DNA of 63,957 bases, counting the filler, from Vezdaea acicularis (Eukaryota), in NCBI GenBank assembly GCA_026025075.1. It is 3 parts of 3 records of this genome, joined end to end, with 100 filler letters (N's around TTAATTAATTAA, not from the genome) between each part and the next. Parts side by side here need not be neighbours in the genome. Positions count along the whole stretch, not along the records: positions 53,607 to 63,957 come from JAPEUI010000258.1; 2 more parts are not named here. The stretch is one strand, 5' to 3'. Each line of letters starts with the position of its first letter. Position 1 is the first letter of the stretch. Positions 62,106 to 63,957 of the stretch are shown here, in pieces. Made by a program: the position numbers and the translations under genes. The notes beneath the pieces were generated by a model. That model was not told the origin of the DNA and searched no databases. It was given only the letters and a program-made list of their open reading frames with translations.

Positions 62106-63957
62106 ATGCTTCGATATTCTTCCTGCTTGCTCCCCGGCAGTTCCATATCAATCACAAGCGTTTGTCGAAAGATCGCTGTCAGGACCTTTGCGACGACTTC
62201 AATGCATATGCGGCCTACCTTTCTACACCGAGTCACTCCATCATTACCCTCAACGCATTTCTCGGATTCTTTCCAGCTGCTACCAGAGCCCGAAAAACTA
62301 GGCGATGCGGAGCAGCAGCTTTTTGGGAATCAAGTCGGTGAAGTGAAAGCCTGGTGGGGCTCACCAAGATATGATGGAATCAAACGCCCATACTCTGCGG
62401 AGGACGTTGTGGCAAAGCGGGGAACACTACAGCAAATGTACCCTAGCTCCTTGATGGCTCGGAAGCTCTTTAACCTCTTAAATGAGCGGGAGGCGAAAGG
62501 AGAGCCTGTTCATACTATGGGCGCCATCGACCCTGTTCAGATGACTCAACAGGCGGCATACCAAGAAGTTTTATATGTATCAGGTTGGGCTTGTTCCTCA
62601 ACTCTAACGACCACAAATGAAGTCTCCCCAGACTTTGGAGACTATCCTTATAACACGGTTCCCAATCAAGTACAAAGGTTATTTAAGGCTCAACAGCTAC
62701 ATGATCGGAAGCATTTCGACGCGCGGCGAAAGCTGAGCAATGCGCAAAGAAAGGAGCAACCATACGTTGACTATCTAAGGCCAATCATTGCTGATGGCGA
62801 TACAGGTCACGGTGGTATCTCGGCGGTCTTGAAGCTTGCGAAATTATTCGCAGAGAATGGCGCGGCCGCCGTCCATTTTGAAGATCAGTTACATGGCGGG
62901 AAAAAATGTGGTCATCTAGCAGGCAAAGTGCTTGTGCCAACCGGCGAGCACATTAACCGTCTAGTAGGTGCCCGGTTCCAGTGGGATCTCATGGGTTGTG
63001 AAAATCTTATAATTGCGAGGACCGATTCTGAAAGTGGCAGGCTTTTGAGCAGCGCTGTTGATGTCAGAGACCATGAATATATCCTTGGTGTGAACGAGGA
63101 AGAATCGAAGCCTTTAGCCGAGACTCTACAGGCCATGGAGGTGAAGGGAGCTACAGCGTCAGATATTGATGCTTTCGAAGTTGAATGGACCAAGGACCAC
63201 GAGCTGATGACATATGATGAGGCGGTAGTAAAACACTTGATACGTGAGAACGCACCAGAGCGCTCGCTCACGGAGTATAAAGCTGCTGTTCAAAAGGACC
63301 GAAGTCTCTCACTATCTGATCGTCGAAAGTTGGCGTCGACTTATATTCGAAGCCCCGTGCTTTTCTCATGGGACATCCCCCGTACTCGAGAGGGTTTCTA
63401 TCATTACCGTGCTGGATTGCCGGCCGCAACTAAACGAGCTATTGAATACGCGCCTTTTGCAGACTTGTTATGGCTAGAGACTGCCGACCCAGATGTTGAG
63501 AAGGCAGCTGGCTTTGCTCGAGAAATTAGGGAGAGATACCCAGGAAAGAAGTTGGTATACAATTTGAGTCCGTCCTTCAACTGGATGGGTCGGGGTTTCA
63601 CAGAAACCTCTCTCAGATCCTTTGTCTGGGATCTCGCAAAACATGGGTAAGTGTTCGAACGCTGCCACATTACATGAAGGAGGATATTGACATTTCTCGT
63701 CCCTAGATTTGTGTTACAGTTGATATCCTTAGCTGGACTCCACAGCACAGCAACTATATCTTCAGAGCTCTCAAAGGGGTTCAAAGAAGACGGAATGCTA
63801 GCCTACGTCAATATTGTGCAGCGTAGGGAAAAGGAGCTCGGTGTCGACGTGCTCACCCATCAGAAGTGGAGTGGTGCTGGATATATGGATGGAATAATTG
63901 GCGCAATCCAGAGCGGAAGTAGTAGTAGCAAGAGCATGGGTGCAGGCAACACAGAAA
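62106..63957 (+). CDS. ICL2: Mitochondrial 2-methylisocitrate lyase (runs off window end; intron ~63647-63707)
   Basis: ICL family with KKCGHLAG and SGWACSS (MICL-type; ICL has KKCGHM/WQSS) and an Arg/Ser-rich presequence. Confidence 0.9.

Overview
Gene-dense, intron-containing genomic DNA from a filamentous ascomycete (Pezizomycotina-type genes; GT-AG introns with CTAAC/CTGAC branch points). It is three contigs joined by artificial 100-nt spacers (N-run + TTAATTAATTAA + N-run) at 26792-26891 and 53507-53606, so adjacency across them is unproven. Contig 1 begins inside a Ty3/gypsy-type LTR retrotransposon (gag, PBS, LTR) and then carries housekeeping genes: APC13, POL12, PDR16-like, TRS31, MFAP1, RPS29, PPPDE-thioredoxin-PUL, centrin-like, eIF4E-family, DUF4598, GDA1, a TPR-like protein and glyoxalase II. 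Contig 2 opens with an accessory block of about 8 kb. It contains an apparently intact CxC1-KDZ (Kyakuja-type) transposase, a divergent atypical kinase-like gene and a small orphan gene. The block is bounded on the left by 15/32-bp tandem repeats and on the right by 14 regularly spaced palindromes (TGCGCTTSAAGCGCA) followed by a 55-nt hairpin. The same palindrome recurs once in the transposase/kinase divergent promoter. Further on are a CHZ-like gene, a large F-box protein, PhyH dioxygenase, a MITE, a FunK1 kinase, a CFEM membrane protein, an amidase, an epoxide hydrolase and a sucrose-transporter fragment. Contig 3 has an HNM1-like permease, NEW1/Elf1 and methylisocitrate lyase. All calls come from manual motif recognition; no searches were run.
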